A stretch of 64,000 bases of DNA. Origin: Azolla caroliniana. Lineage: Eukaryota > Plantae > Polypodiophyta. A program made the translations under genes and the position numbers. Position 1 is the stretch's first letter. Every line of letters begins with the position of its first letter. The notes beneath the pieces were generated by a model that saw only the letters and a list, made by a program, of their open reading frames with translations, did not search any database and was not told the DNA's origin. The DNA lies in NCBI GenBank assembly GCA_043228905.1, contig JBHGNT010000020.1, positions 4,402,001 through 4,466,000 of the forward strand. Reading direction: 5' to 3'. Positions 48,704 to 60,514 of the stretch are shown in pieces.

Positions 48704-49960
48704 AAGGCATACCAATTCATCCTGCGGGACAAGTGCATATGGAGGCACCCAAAGAAGAGAAACGGCATCCCTCTCCGAGTAGTGGCAAAGAAAGAGGAAC
48801 AGGAGGAACTACTGGTGGCATTTCACGAGAGTCCCTGGGCTGGACACCGTGGAACGTGGGCCACGTTCGAGAAGCTGAAGGAGAAGTACTGGTGGCCGGG
48901 ACTATACCAGGACGTGCATCGGTTCATAACGACTTGTGAAAGCTGTCAGACGCACTACGTAGTCCGACATCGGGACGAGCTACACCCGACTTACCCGCCT
49001 GCGGTTCATTTCAAGTGGATGGTGGACTTGGTGATGATGCCGATGGGAGTAGGACAGATGCGATACCTGGTGCTTGCGCGGGAAGACTTAATGAACCAGG
49101 TGGAAGGCCGTGCACTGTAGAACAAGACAACCGCGGTGGTATGTCTGTTCCTGATCGAAGAGGTAGTGTGTCGGTACGGGTGCGTAGGGAGGATCGTGGC
49201 GGACCGGGGAGAGCTGGATGCGCGGGAAGCTGAGGAGCTGTTTGACCGGCTAGGAGTCAAACTCTCCCTCACTACGGCGTACAATGTGGAGGCGAACGGG
49301 AAGGTAGAACGTGGGCACGGGCCGATCGTAAAGGCGTTGGTGCGTGCATGCGGAGGGCAGGTCGGGAATTGGCCGCGACTCCTTCCTTACGCACTATGGG
49401 CGGACCGAACTACGCACAGTTCGGTGACAGGGGTTATGCCAGCATAGCTGATGTACGGACAGAAGCCGATCATGCCGGTGGAACGGACGGTTTCTTCATG
49501 GGCGGCAGTAGATTGGAAGGATGAGATGAGCCGGGAGGAGTTGCTGGCGGCGCGGATTTGGCAACTCGAGCGGAGGCTGGAGGACATGAAAAGGGCGAAG
49601 GAAAAGCTGCGGGCGGCAAGGGAGCGGACTAAGAACCGGTTCAACCGGACACACCAGTTGCGACCAAAGAAGATCGAGGAAGGCGACTGGGTCTTGGTGT
49701 ACGACAACAGCCTCGACAATCAGCACAAGGCACTGCGAAAGTTTGCTAGGAGGTGGTTCGGGCCCTACACGGTGACGAGCGCGAATGACAACGGCATGTA
49801 CCACCTCGCGGAACTCGACAGGACACGGTTAGCGGTGCCGATGGCCGAGAAGCGGATCAAAGCGTTCAAGAAGCGGTTCGAAGATGAGCCGGAGCCTGCG
49901 AGTGGGAGCGACAACGACGATCAGTTCAAGCATGGTGGAGAATCAAAGAGCGACGAGTGA
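48704..49960 (+). pseudogene. Family W integrase (two stops)
   Basis: HESPWAGHRG..CESC, WMVDLV, VADRGE, GKVERGH, WFGPY. Confidence 0.9.
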
Positions 49961-50697
49961 AGCTGGTTTTCTTCGGTATCTACCCGTCTCTGGCGCATGC
50001 CGGTGGATGCGCGGTTTGGTGGGGGTGGATGTCGTGAAGAAAACCAGCCATAGGCGGAATCGGAGAAAAAGGCGCATGAACCGGCTCTTACACGGATGGA
50101 CGCGTGAATTGATATTTTGATATTTTGTACATGATTCATAAATGGATCGGCTGATGTAAATACTAAGTAGTACACATTTATTAGGGGATTGTGCGTATCT
50201 CTGTCAAAAGGGACAGGGAATAAAGTGATTTGACTAGGGAGAAAGGGGGCACCCCCCTTTTAGCGAACTATTTAAGGAGGGAGAGAAGAAAGAAAAGGGC
50301 ATCACGCGTTAGCGAGGAGGTGTTGCAGGACCGAGTGCCGAGCTCTCTCCCCGACCATCATTCTCTGTGGGTGATGGGAGTTCGACGCCTCTTCTTCGTG
50401 GGTAGCCCGTGCGCTGCCAGCAGAGGCTCTCCCTTCTACGTTTTCTGGGTCCAATGTGTTCCGTCTGTGTGCCCGTGTCGAGTCCATCGTCGGCTCGCCG
50501 GTTGTAACCGTCAGAGTTTGTAATCTCTTGATATTGTAATCGACTGTTATTGTAATTAAGGGTTCCGTTCATTCTCTCTCCTTCTCGCTTCCGCGTATCT
50601 GCAAATCTCTCTCTCTCTCTCTCTCTCCCTCCTCGGTTCAAGGCCCCCGTGGTCCCACCTCTTTCTACACGGGAAGTGCGTGACAACACAACACCGT

Positions 50698-52040
50698 CCC
50701 AATGAATCAAATTGAAGGTGAAGGGGTAACCCCTTAACCCTAAATTGTCTTTACCAAGGAACTTTTCGAGGACCCTCCCTAGTTCTTGAATTATTTTTCC
50801 AAGTAGTCTCACGAGTAGTGGGCAAACTATTATGTTGCATATTTATTGATTTGCCCTTCGACTTGCCCTTAACCTGATGCCAATCCTTTTCAACAACAAC
50901 ATCATTACTAGTTCTATTCAACGGTTTTTTCCCCTTATCTATAACCACCAAAGTTTGTTTTTCCATATCCATAGATTGAGTTCCCTTATTCTTAGGACCC
51001 AAACCTTGAAGTGAAACCTCTTTATAACCTGCTCTAGATAATGTTCCTTCATCCATAACAACCACCATATCTGACACACCAACATCTCTCCTAACTCCTT
51101 CCTTACCATTCCCTTCATTAGGAACCTCTATAGTTGAAGGACAATGACGATGGCATTCCGCCATAAAGTGACCCCATTCACCACATCCAAAATAGTGACC
51201 TGCAAATGTCTCCCACTTCAATTTAAAACAAAGTCTTTTCATTCCAGGTGTATTCATATGCACCCATCCTGGCCTCTTACGACTTGTATCCCATAACACA
51301 TAAAATCTGCACTTATTTGTAGTATTTGCATGTGGAGATACCAACACTTTACCCATTTAACTCATCAACTCTGGTAAAAGTGGCCATTAAAAAGCATGCT
51401 TACAATCCACGGTTACCCAAACAAGGCATTCTTGTTTCAACAAAGCATGATAGTCCACAACAGGGGACCATTGCATTACATGCACCAATTGTTTATCAAA
51501 AAACACTGGAACTTTAGCCAACAATGCACTTCGATGTTCCGGTGAACGAAACACTACATCGTAAAACCCTCTTGGTCCTACATATATATTTTCAACACAA
51601 TTTGGTGACACGATTGTGTTCAACCATTGTTTAATCCAATTAATGTATGGGAGTTTCCCAGTAAAAAACAATATAACTGCACGATCATAGAATACATCAA
51701 AAGATTGCAACACTACCTTAGCACCAACATCCACATCATTGCATTCTTTCGCTGCATTTTCATTTTCTTCCACAATATCAGACAATAAGGTATTGGCAAT
51801 TCCCCATAAAGTATCTCAATTACAATTATCCTTGTCAACCTCATCTACATGTATCACTTCAGCATATGTCACTTTTTTCTCATTAATTTCCCCAATGCCC
51901 TTAAACCTCCTTACAATTTCCAATGTCTTCCCTTTCACGATTACATTCAACCATCACATTACTCTTTTTTGGATCAATTGTTTCCATTTCGATGTTCCCC
52001 ACAATTTGAGAGGAATTCATGTTTATATCCATTATTCATG
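50698..52040 (-). pseudogene. LINE ORF1 (DUF4283-like domain + zinc knuckle)
   Basis: GFYDVVF..PVFFDKQLVHVMQWSP; FGCGEWGHFMAEC. Confidence 0.75.
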
Positions 52041-52965
52041 ATGTGATAGTGATTCGGGATAAAACCAATTTTCCATGAACAAGAAAGACAACCAGAACTC
52101 ATCCAATTGAAGAGGTCAAAGATGATGAATACAATCGAAGACCTGCAATGTGTGTTGAGTATTGTTGGGAGACAGGTCCCTCCGGATGGGAAGGGAGAAG
52201 AACAGTGCCGACGAACAATCTCGGCCGAGGCCAATAGGCCGAGGCAACAATCGGAAGAGGACTACCCGGCTACGGAGAGCCGGATGATACAGACCCGGTA
52301 TGAACCGGATGAGGAGTACCTGGCTACGGAGAGCCGAATGGTGCAGACCTGGTATGAACCGGATGAGGAGTACCCGGCTACGGAGAGCTGGATGATACAG
52401 ACCCGGTATGAACCGGATGAGGAGTACCCGGCTTCGGAGAGCCGGATGGTGCAGACCCGGTATGAACCGAATGAAGAGACATATTCGTAAATATGTTTCT
52501 GAGAGTCCATCGAGGCTATATTTGTAAATAGCCGAAAAGTCATATTAGTATAAATATGACTTAGGGCAAACTTTTAGGTGAAGTTGTAGTTGTTATCATT
52601 TTGTTGTTGGTGCAAGAAGAGAGAGCGTGTAACAGTGTACAGGTTGAGAGAGAGAGAGAATGAGGTCGTTGCCTCTGTTGTAACCGCCGCCTGTGACGAA
52701 GATCGTGAGCACGAGGTCGTTGCCTCCGTGAACTCACTATTTGTACATTCCAATATAGTGATAGTTTGCAGCCTGTGGGCTGCCGTGGTTTTTCCCTCAG
52801 TTTGGGTTTTCCACGTAAACATCCTGTCTACCTTTTTCTCTCCTTTGTGTCGTGCATTTGTTTCCCATTTTCTGTGTATGAAAAGAATCTCGATTGTGGC
52901 CAAGCGTTGGACATAAGGAGCGTTGAGTTCCCGTCAAGTGGTATCAGAGCGAAACGACACAGAAA

Positions 52966-54143
52966 ATGGACGAATCGTTTGGCGGCATGTTCAAGCTCAC
53001 CGGCTCCAACTATTCAGTGTGGAAGTCGAAGATGAGGGACATGCTCGTGGTTAAAGACCTTTGGCAGCCGGTTCAGTTCGGGGACAAGAGACCGGACAAA
53101 ATCGACGCCGCGATATGGGAGGTGATGCACATGAAGACAACGGCGTACATACGGTGCTTCATCGACATGAGCCTGTACAACAACTTCAATGAGGAGAGCA
53201 AGGCTCATGAGCTCTGGGAGAAGATCGGCATAATGTTTCAAAACAAAAATGTTGTTAATCAGGTGTCGGTATTCCGGAAGCTAGTAAGACTCCGGTACCA
53301 AGATGGCTCCACCATGGCGGAGCACATCAATGCCCTCCAGGGGCTGGTACACCAGGAAACATCATTGGAAGTACCTCTCGCCGACGAGGTACTAGAGCTA
53401 CTCCTGCTCGGTTCCCTCCCGGATAGTTGGGAGACGTTGGTTGTCACTATGGGCAACGCCGGGCCGGAAGGAAAACGGTTATCCCTAGCAAGAGTAAAGT
53501 CGAGCTTGCTAGATGAGGAGGCGCGTCGGAAAGATAAAGATACGAGCTCCAACTCCAAAGCGCTCCTTACCGAATCGGAACGCGGAAGACATAGAAATCG
53601 TTGTCCCCAGAACCGGGAGAAGTCGAGGACATGGTCAAAGTCAAGGGGGAGGCCCACTTGCTTCTATTGCGGCAAGCCGGGTCACTTCCGAAAGAACTGT
53701 CGGCATTTCCGTAAAGACAAGGAAACCGATGGTACCGATTCGAAGCGGACCCCGGACCGGAACGGTAAAGACCGGAAGGGGCCGGACCAGAAGGGAACGA
53801 CGGCAATCACGGCAAGTGAAGAAGAGTTGATGCTCATCACCGAGGAGTGTGAGATAAACCTTGCCGGCGACGAGATGACCTGGGTGGTAGACTTCGAAGC
53901 GTCGTTCCACCTTACCCCGGACCGGAAATGCTTCTCATCCTACTCAGCCGGTGTTCACGGCTGTGTCCAGATGGGGAATGAAGGTACATGTCGAATTGTC
54001 GGCATAGGAGACGTGTGGCTGTCAACACCAACCGGATGCAAGTTGTTGCTGAAGGATGTTTGACACGTTCCGGAGGTTCGTCTTAACCTAATATAAGCCG
54101 GTCGGCTAGATGATGAAGGCTACACGAGTAGCATCCAGAACGG
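52966..54143 (+). pseudogene. gag: Copia Gag-protease (stop at 54061, truncated by insertion)
   Basis: Near-identical to the ORF at 44025. Confidence 0.9.
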
Positions 54144-54795
54144 TGGCGCGTTACTACGCGCGTGCGTGGAGAAACGAGGTGGGACCACCGGGGTCTTGAA
54201 CCGAAGAGCAGGTGATAGAAGGGGAGAGAGAAAGAGAGAGATGCCCGGTTACGTATGAGCAAAGAAACACAGGGACGCGGCCCGTCAACGCAGAAGACAT
54301 GAATGGACACAGAGACAGAGAGACACAAATGTTTGTATATTAACGAATTACAAATAAACAACAGAGCACGCGAGCGGTTACAACCGAACAGGCCAGAGAA
54401 CAGATGTCGATGCCTGTTCGTCTGCGCACGAAAGGGGATAGGATGGAGGTGCTGCCGGAAGCACACGGGCGTTCCTCGAAGCAGCGCGAGCCTCCCGAAA
54501 ACCTGCAGAGAAGAGCGATGGAGGATGAACAGAGGAGAAGCCTTCGGTTTCAGTCCGACAGCACTTCGTCCTCCTCCCTCTCTAAATAAAAATGCCCCTC
54601 TCTCTCCCGTGTCTCCCTCTCTTTTATAGCTTCAAGAAGGGAGCCGTTTCCCTCATTAACTTCCTACCTACCGAATCTAACTACCTAGGATATACCTTTG
54701 TACCTAATTCTCTATTATATACATTAAAGGGCGCGCACGCGTGAAGAGCCGGTTCACGCGCGCTATACACCGATTGCGCTAAGGGACGGTTTTCT

Positions 54796-57700
54796 TCACG
54801 ACATCCGCCCCCGCCTAACCGCGCATCCACCGGTATGCACCACAATTGGGTTCTGGTTGGAGAAAACCGGTCCGGGTTCCGGTTCCTCATCCATCAGTTC
54901 GTCCTCCGTTTCGGACTGTCTGTCGTCGCTGTCCAGGCCTCTTAGATCCGGTTCGCCGTCGTGGCGCTTCTTGAACGCTTTGATCCGCTTCCCTGCTACC
55001 GGTATCGCCATCCTCGTACCGTCGAGTTCCGCCAGGTGATACGTCCCATTGTTGTTGGCGCTTGTTACCACGTAAGGCCCAAACCACCGCTTTGCAAACT
55101 TCCGTGTTGCCCGGTGCTAGTTGTCGAGGCTGCTGTCGTAGACTAGCACCCAGTCGCCTTCCTCGATTTTCTTTGGTCGGAACCGGTGCGTTCGGTCGAA
55201 CAGGGCTTTGTTCCTCATCCTCGCCGTTCGAAGTCTCTCCGCCGCTCGTTCCACGTCCTCTGGCCTCCGCTCGAGCTGTCGTATACGCGCCGCTAGCAGT
55301 TCTTCCCGGCTCATCTCGTCTTTCCAGTCCACTGTCGCCCAAGAGGAGATCGTCCGTTCCATCAGCATGATCGACTTCTGTCCGAACATGAGCTCTGACG
55401 GCATGAACCCGGTTACCGAACTGTGCGTTGTCCAGTCCGCCCACAAGGCATAAAGTAACAGTCGTGGCCAGTTCCCGACCTGGCCTCCGCACGCCCGGAC
55501 TAGTGCTTTGACGATCGGTCCGTGTCCGCGCTCCACCTTCCCGTTCGCCTCCGGATTGTGCATTGTGGTGAGCGAGAGCTTGACCCCTAACCAGTCGAAC
55601 AGCTCCTCGGCCTCTTCGGCATCCAACTCCCCGCGGTCAGCCACGATCTTCCCGACACACCCGTACCGGCATATCACGTCCTCGATCAGGAACCGACACA
55701 CGGCCGCGGTCGTTTTGTTCTGCAGGGCTCGGCCTTCCACCTGGTTCGTCAGGTCCTCCCGAGCCAACACCAGATATCGCATCTGCCCTACGCCCATCGA
55801 CATCGTCACCAAATCTACCATCCATTTGAAGTGGATGGCCGGAGGGTATGTAGGGTGAAGCTCGTCCCGATGTCGGACTATGGAGTGTATCTGACAGCTC
55901 TCACAAGTTGTCACGAATCGATGCACATCCCGGTACAGTCCCGGCCACCAGTACTTCCCCTTTAGTTTCTCGAACGTGGCCCACATCCCACAGTGTCCAG
56001 CCTAGGGGCTGTCGTGGTAGGCCTTCAGCAACTCCTCCTGTTCCTCCTCCATCGCCACTACTCGGAGCGGGATGCCGTTTCTCTTCTTCGGGTGCTTCCA
56101 CAAGTATCCGTCCCGGAGAAAGAATCGGTACGCTTTCTTCCGGATCCGGTTGGCCTCGTCCTTTGTCCATGACGCATCCGGCGTCATCGTCCTTAAGAAT
56201 CCCCCAATCTGCAGCCACTCCCCGTCGTACTTGCTCTCGTTGAAATCGTTAAGCGCCGGAGTGCTCCCCCCCCCCCCCCCCCCCCCCCGGTTGTTACGCA
56301 AGCCGCCTTGAAGAAGTCCACGCCGACTTCCTTGTCCTCCGAAACCATGCCGCCCTCGTCGTCGAATCGCGCCCTCGAAAGCATGTCGGCCATGGCATTG
56401 TCTTTCCCGGAAAGGTGTCGTATTTCCAGATCCAGGGACTTGATGTACGCTATCCACCTGAGCATTGCCAAGTCCGGGGTTGCGCATCCGGAAACCATGC
56501 CGAGAATCGGCAGGCAGTCCGTCTCGATAATCACCTCTGTCCCGATCAGATAGTCTTTATCGGCCTTCACCGCCAAAACGATACCCCAGAGTTCGCGTTT
56601 AACCTGGGCGTATCCTCGTTGTCGCTCGCTGAGGACCTTCGCCTCGAACCGGATTGGGAACCGAATGCCATCCGCATCTTCTTGGTTGACGACCCATCCG
56701 ATCCCGGTCGGACTTGTATCTACCGTTATGTAGATGGGGGTGCCTTTCTCGTAGATAGCCTTCTGGAGTGCTGGAGCTGCAGCAAGAGCCTCCTTCATCT
56801 TTCGGACCGACTCCGTATGCTCGCCTCGCCACTCGAATTTTCGCCCCTTTTTCAGCAACCCGTATAGCGGCTCGGCAACGTGGGCGTAATGCGGGATCCA
56901 TATGTGGTAGAACGCGCATGCTCCCAAGAACCTCCGTACCTCCGTGATCGAGTTACAGCCGGGCTTCATTGCGGAGATGGCCTTCACCTTAGCCGGAGAT
57001 GGTTTCCGGCCATACGATCCGCATAGATGTCCGACGACCATGATCTCTGATTGCCCGAAGGCCGATTTCTCCCCGGAGAAGGTGAGCCTCGCGTCCTCTA
57101 GCCTCTGCAGCACCCTCTCCCAGTCGTCAATGTGTGTCGCCACGAATTTCCGGCATCCGTCCGGTCCGATCGTTTCGTCCTTTTCCTCCACCGAGCATCC
57201 CTTGATCGGGATGTCGTCCAAGAATGGCATGGTGATGTCCGGGATACAATCCCTCAGCACCTTGTTCATCGCATTCACCATTTGGGCCACCGAGTTCGTC
57301 CCTCCTTGTGGCAGGGTACACATCCGCACTAGGCCGAGAGGAGTCCGCATCGTCGTAATGTCTCTGCTCTCTACGGCTAGTTGGAACTGATCGTACCCCG
57401 AGTACAGATCACCGACCAAGTAGATCGACTTTCCGGCGAAGGCCTCCGCGAACTCGTCTATCGTTGGAACGATTCCTGCGTTCCGAATGGTCACTCTGTT
57501 GACCGGTTGCAGGTCCTGAATGAAGCGCAACGTCCCGTTCTTCTTCGGTACGGTAAACCACCGGTTCGAGTACGGAGCACTCGACGGTTCGAGGATGCCC
57601 ATATCGACTTTCTGCCTCAACAGCTCCATCAGCTCCGGGATGTGAGCTCTCGGTACCGGAATTGGTTTGAGATTCCACGGTACATGCGGTACCGTGAATA

Positions 57701-59130
57701 TCACCATCGGCTTCACGACTGTCGGGTTTACGCACCCGATCTCTTCCGGTGAGAATGCGAAGGCTTTCCCGTGCCTTCCGAGCATTCTCCAAAACCGGTC
57801 TTCTTCCGCTGGCAGTAGGAACCCGCCCCCACCGATTTTGAGCTCCCGTAGCGTTCTGTCGGTGAAGGTGTGTCCTATGCAGGCCGGATCTCGTAAACTG
57901 GGGTCCGACGCGACCCCCTTGATTCGCAACTCGCTGCCCTTTGGTAAGGGTGCCGCGACTGGCCTTACCTTCCGGTCCATAGTCTTGTACTTCGTGTTAA
58001 CCTGGGCCATCCAATCCGACTCGAGCCCTCGACTGAAGTCCGCGATGACTTCGTACATCTCTTCTGAACAAACCGGTATCGTCCGGTCCTCTTTAAGGCC
58101 CTCTCCAACCACCTCTCACAGTATTCCCAAGGTATCGTCGAAGGAGACCGCCTCCACGGCGCCGTTGATTTCCTCGTTGGGCCCGAGAACTCCGCACGCT
58201 CGAAGTCGCTCTTCCGCCCTTGTCTTTTCTCGGCCAACGACGCCGACTATCATACACCCTCCGTTGTCGGAGAAACAAAACTTCCTACTTACGGTACAAT
58301 GTTTCTTCGGTTTCGCCTCTATCGTACATTTGTGGGGTTTTCCCGGACTGTCCGGACTGTCGCGGCCCCACGCCTTGACAACCCTCTCTAAAAATCCTCT
58401 CGGTTCTCGCCACCGAGGGACTCGCGGTTTCGCTCGTGGTTCAGTCGCACCGTCAGGAACTGGACCGAATGATGCCCGTCCTGACTCTTGACCCTCGCGT
58501 AAGACGACCCGTTGTCCAGCACCTTGGTCTCCATCTGCGTTGCCATAATGTACGGTTCTCCCAGTATGACCGGGTGCGAGGACGTCTCCTGCACAAAGAA
58601 GTGCTGGACTATCTCGACGTCGCCGATCTTGACTCTGTGTAGTTCCTCGGTGGCGCGCGTTGCCGCCCGTATCTTCCACCCGTGCTTGGTGTTGATCGGC
58701 CATTTCCCCTTTTTGTAGAGGTCCATGGACATCATGTTTATTTCCGAACCGTGGTCCACCAGCGCCACCACCGGTTCCTGAACATCTCCGATCTTCACCG
58801 GGGTTTCCGTGGTCGCTCGGGCCCAGTGTGCCCTCGAATAGTGGCTCTCCGCCCACTCGTCTTCCAGCGCCATGTCCTCTATGTGCGTCGTCCGCACCTC
58901 CACCGGCCTTTCCGGTCATGTCTTCGTCGACAGCCTCTTCCCCTTTACCAAGTCTACGATGGAGTCGTGGAACTCCTTCTTGGCGATTCCGAGCACCTCC
59001 CGCAACGACAATTCCACCTTGTTGTCGAGGATTCGTTCTTCCAGGACCTTTCCTAGGTCCGTGGTCCTTTCGATCTCCGTGCCCAACCGGTATCTGCCCT
59101 TCTTGTGGTTATCCCGGGCACTGGTCTCAC
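54796..59130 (-). pseudogene. pol: Family W PR-RT-RH-IN with several stops and a frameshift
   Basis: ORFs 58388-58903, 56193-58112 and 55117-55986. Confidence 0.9.
56266..56288. repeat. C23 (G23 on the coding strand) homopolymer in the RH-IN linker
   Basis: Directly visible; coincides with the frame change. Confidence 0.9.
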
Positions 59131-60159
59131 CGGCGACAGTCAAAGTGCCATCCACCTTGCTAAGAATGCGGCCTACCATTCCCGGACGAAGCATATCCAG
59201 CGGAGGTATCACTGGATCCGGGAAAGAGTGGATGACCAGGAGTTCGCACTGACGAAGATCCACACGGCCGAGAACGGGTCAGATATGCCGACCAAAGTGT
59301 TGACAGCCGACAAGCTGAACGCATGTCGGAAGAGGATCGGACTGGTAAGACACCCCATGTCGGAGTGAAGGGGGAGTTTGTTGGGAGACAGGTCCCTCCG
59401 GATGGGAAGGGAGAAGAACAGTGCCGAAGAACAATCTCGGCCGAGGCCGATAAGCCTCGGCCGAAATCGGAAGACGAGTACCCGGCTACGGAAAGCCGGA
59501 TGATACAGACCCGGTATGAACCGGTTGAGGAGTACCTGGCTACGGAGAGCCGGATGGTGCAGACCCGATATGAACCGGATGAGGAGTACCCGGCTACGGA
59601 GAGCCGGATGATACAGACCCGGTATGAACCGGATGAGGAGTACCCGGCTTCAGAGAGCTAGATGGTGCAGACCCGGTATGAACCGTATGAAGAGACATAT
59701 TCGTAAATATGTTTCTGAGAGTCCATCGAGGCTATATTTGTAAATAGCCGAAAAGTCATATTAGTATAAATATGACTTAGGGCAAACTTTTAGGTGAAGT
59801 TGTAGTTGTTGTCATTTTCTTGTTGGTGCAAGAAGAGAGAGCGTGTAACAGTGTACAGGTTGAGAGAGAGAGAGAGAACGAGGTCGTTGCCTCTGTTGTA
59901 ACCGCCGCTTGTGGCGAAGATCGTGAGCACGAGGTCGTTGCCTCCGTGAACTCACTGTTTGTACATTCCAATATAGTGATAGTTTGCAGCCTGTGGGCTG
60001 CCATGGTTTTTCCCTCAGTTTGGGTTTTCCACGTAAACATCTTGTATACCTTTTTCTCTCCTTTGTGTCGTGCATTTGTTTCCCGTTTTCTATGTATGAA
60101 AAGAATCTCGGTTGTGGCCGAGCGTTGGACATAAGGAGCGTTGAGTTCCCGTCAAGTAT

Positions 60160-60510
60160 GTGGATGCCAACAACACAAGATTCCTTATTTTCTGTGTGTG
60201 TGTGTGTGTGTGTGTGTACAACACACGATAACTACTACAACCCATAAGACAATTATTGCCCTAGTTATTTTATACTTATATAGATTTGGGGCTATTTACA
60301 AATATGACCGCAACAGTCACATCGGATAATATTTACTAATATGTCCGGCCGGATACCCTCCAGATCCATCCGATCCGGTTTCCGGGTACCTTCCGGTTGG
60401 GTTCCTTCAACTCGTCCGACCCGTCTTGTTCGGTTCTCATCCGATGAGACCAGTTTCTCAACAAACTCCCCATTCACTCCGGTATGGGATGTCTCGTGAG
60501 TCTGATCCTA
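60160..60510 (-). mobile_element. Old copia 3' LTR remnant (probably continuous with ~52050-52162) + PPT + RNase H end
   Basis: CTCAACA-AACTCCCCATTCAC at ~60457-60477; the GGGCTATTTACAAAT motif is shared with the other copia LTRs. Confidence 0.6.
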
Positions 60511-60514
60511 CAAG

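Larger units (their letters stand above)
29820..50693 (+). mobile_element. Ty3/gypsy family W host element; LTRs 29820-30527 and 50030-50693; 4-bp TSD CCGT
   Basis: Highly similar LTRs, PBS at 30532 and PPT GGTGGGGGTGGA. Coding pieces lie at 30573-31610, 41266-43360 and 48704-49960. Confidence 0.95.
26990..52040 (-). mobile_element. L1-type LINE, degenerate and 3'-truncated; pieces 52040-50698, 29819-28941, 28193-26990
   Basis: ORF1 followed by APE endonuclease and RT, colinear once the insertions are removed. AT-richer than the LTR elements. Confidence 0.88.
54144..59130 (-). mobile_element. Gypsy family W, 5'-truncated: PR, frameshift site, RT, RH, IN, PPT, 3' LTR 54144-54803
   Basis: LTR begins TGTCGTGAAGAAAACC on the minus strand, PPT GGCGGGGGCGGA; motifs DHGSEIN, FLDDIPIKG, VDTSPTG. 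Confidence 0.93.
52163..60154 (+). mobile_element. Tork-like copia; LTRs 52163-52936 and 59379-60154; TSD AGTAT; most of pol replaced by an inverted gypsy
   Basis: PBS-Met at 52939, gag-PR at 52966-54143, RNase H end at 59132-59368, PPT, and a perfect TSD. Confidence 0.95.
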
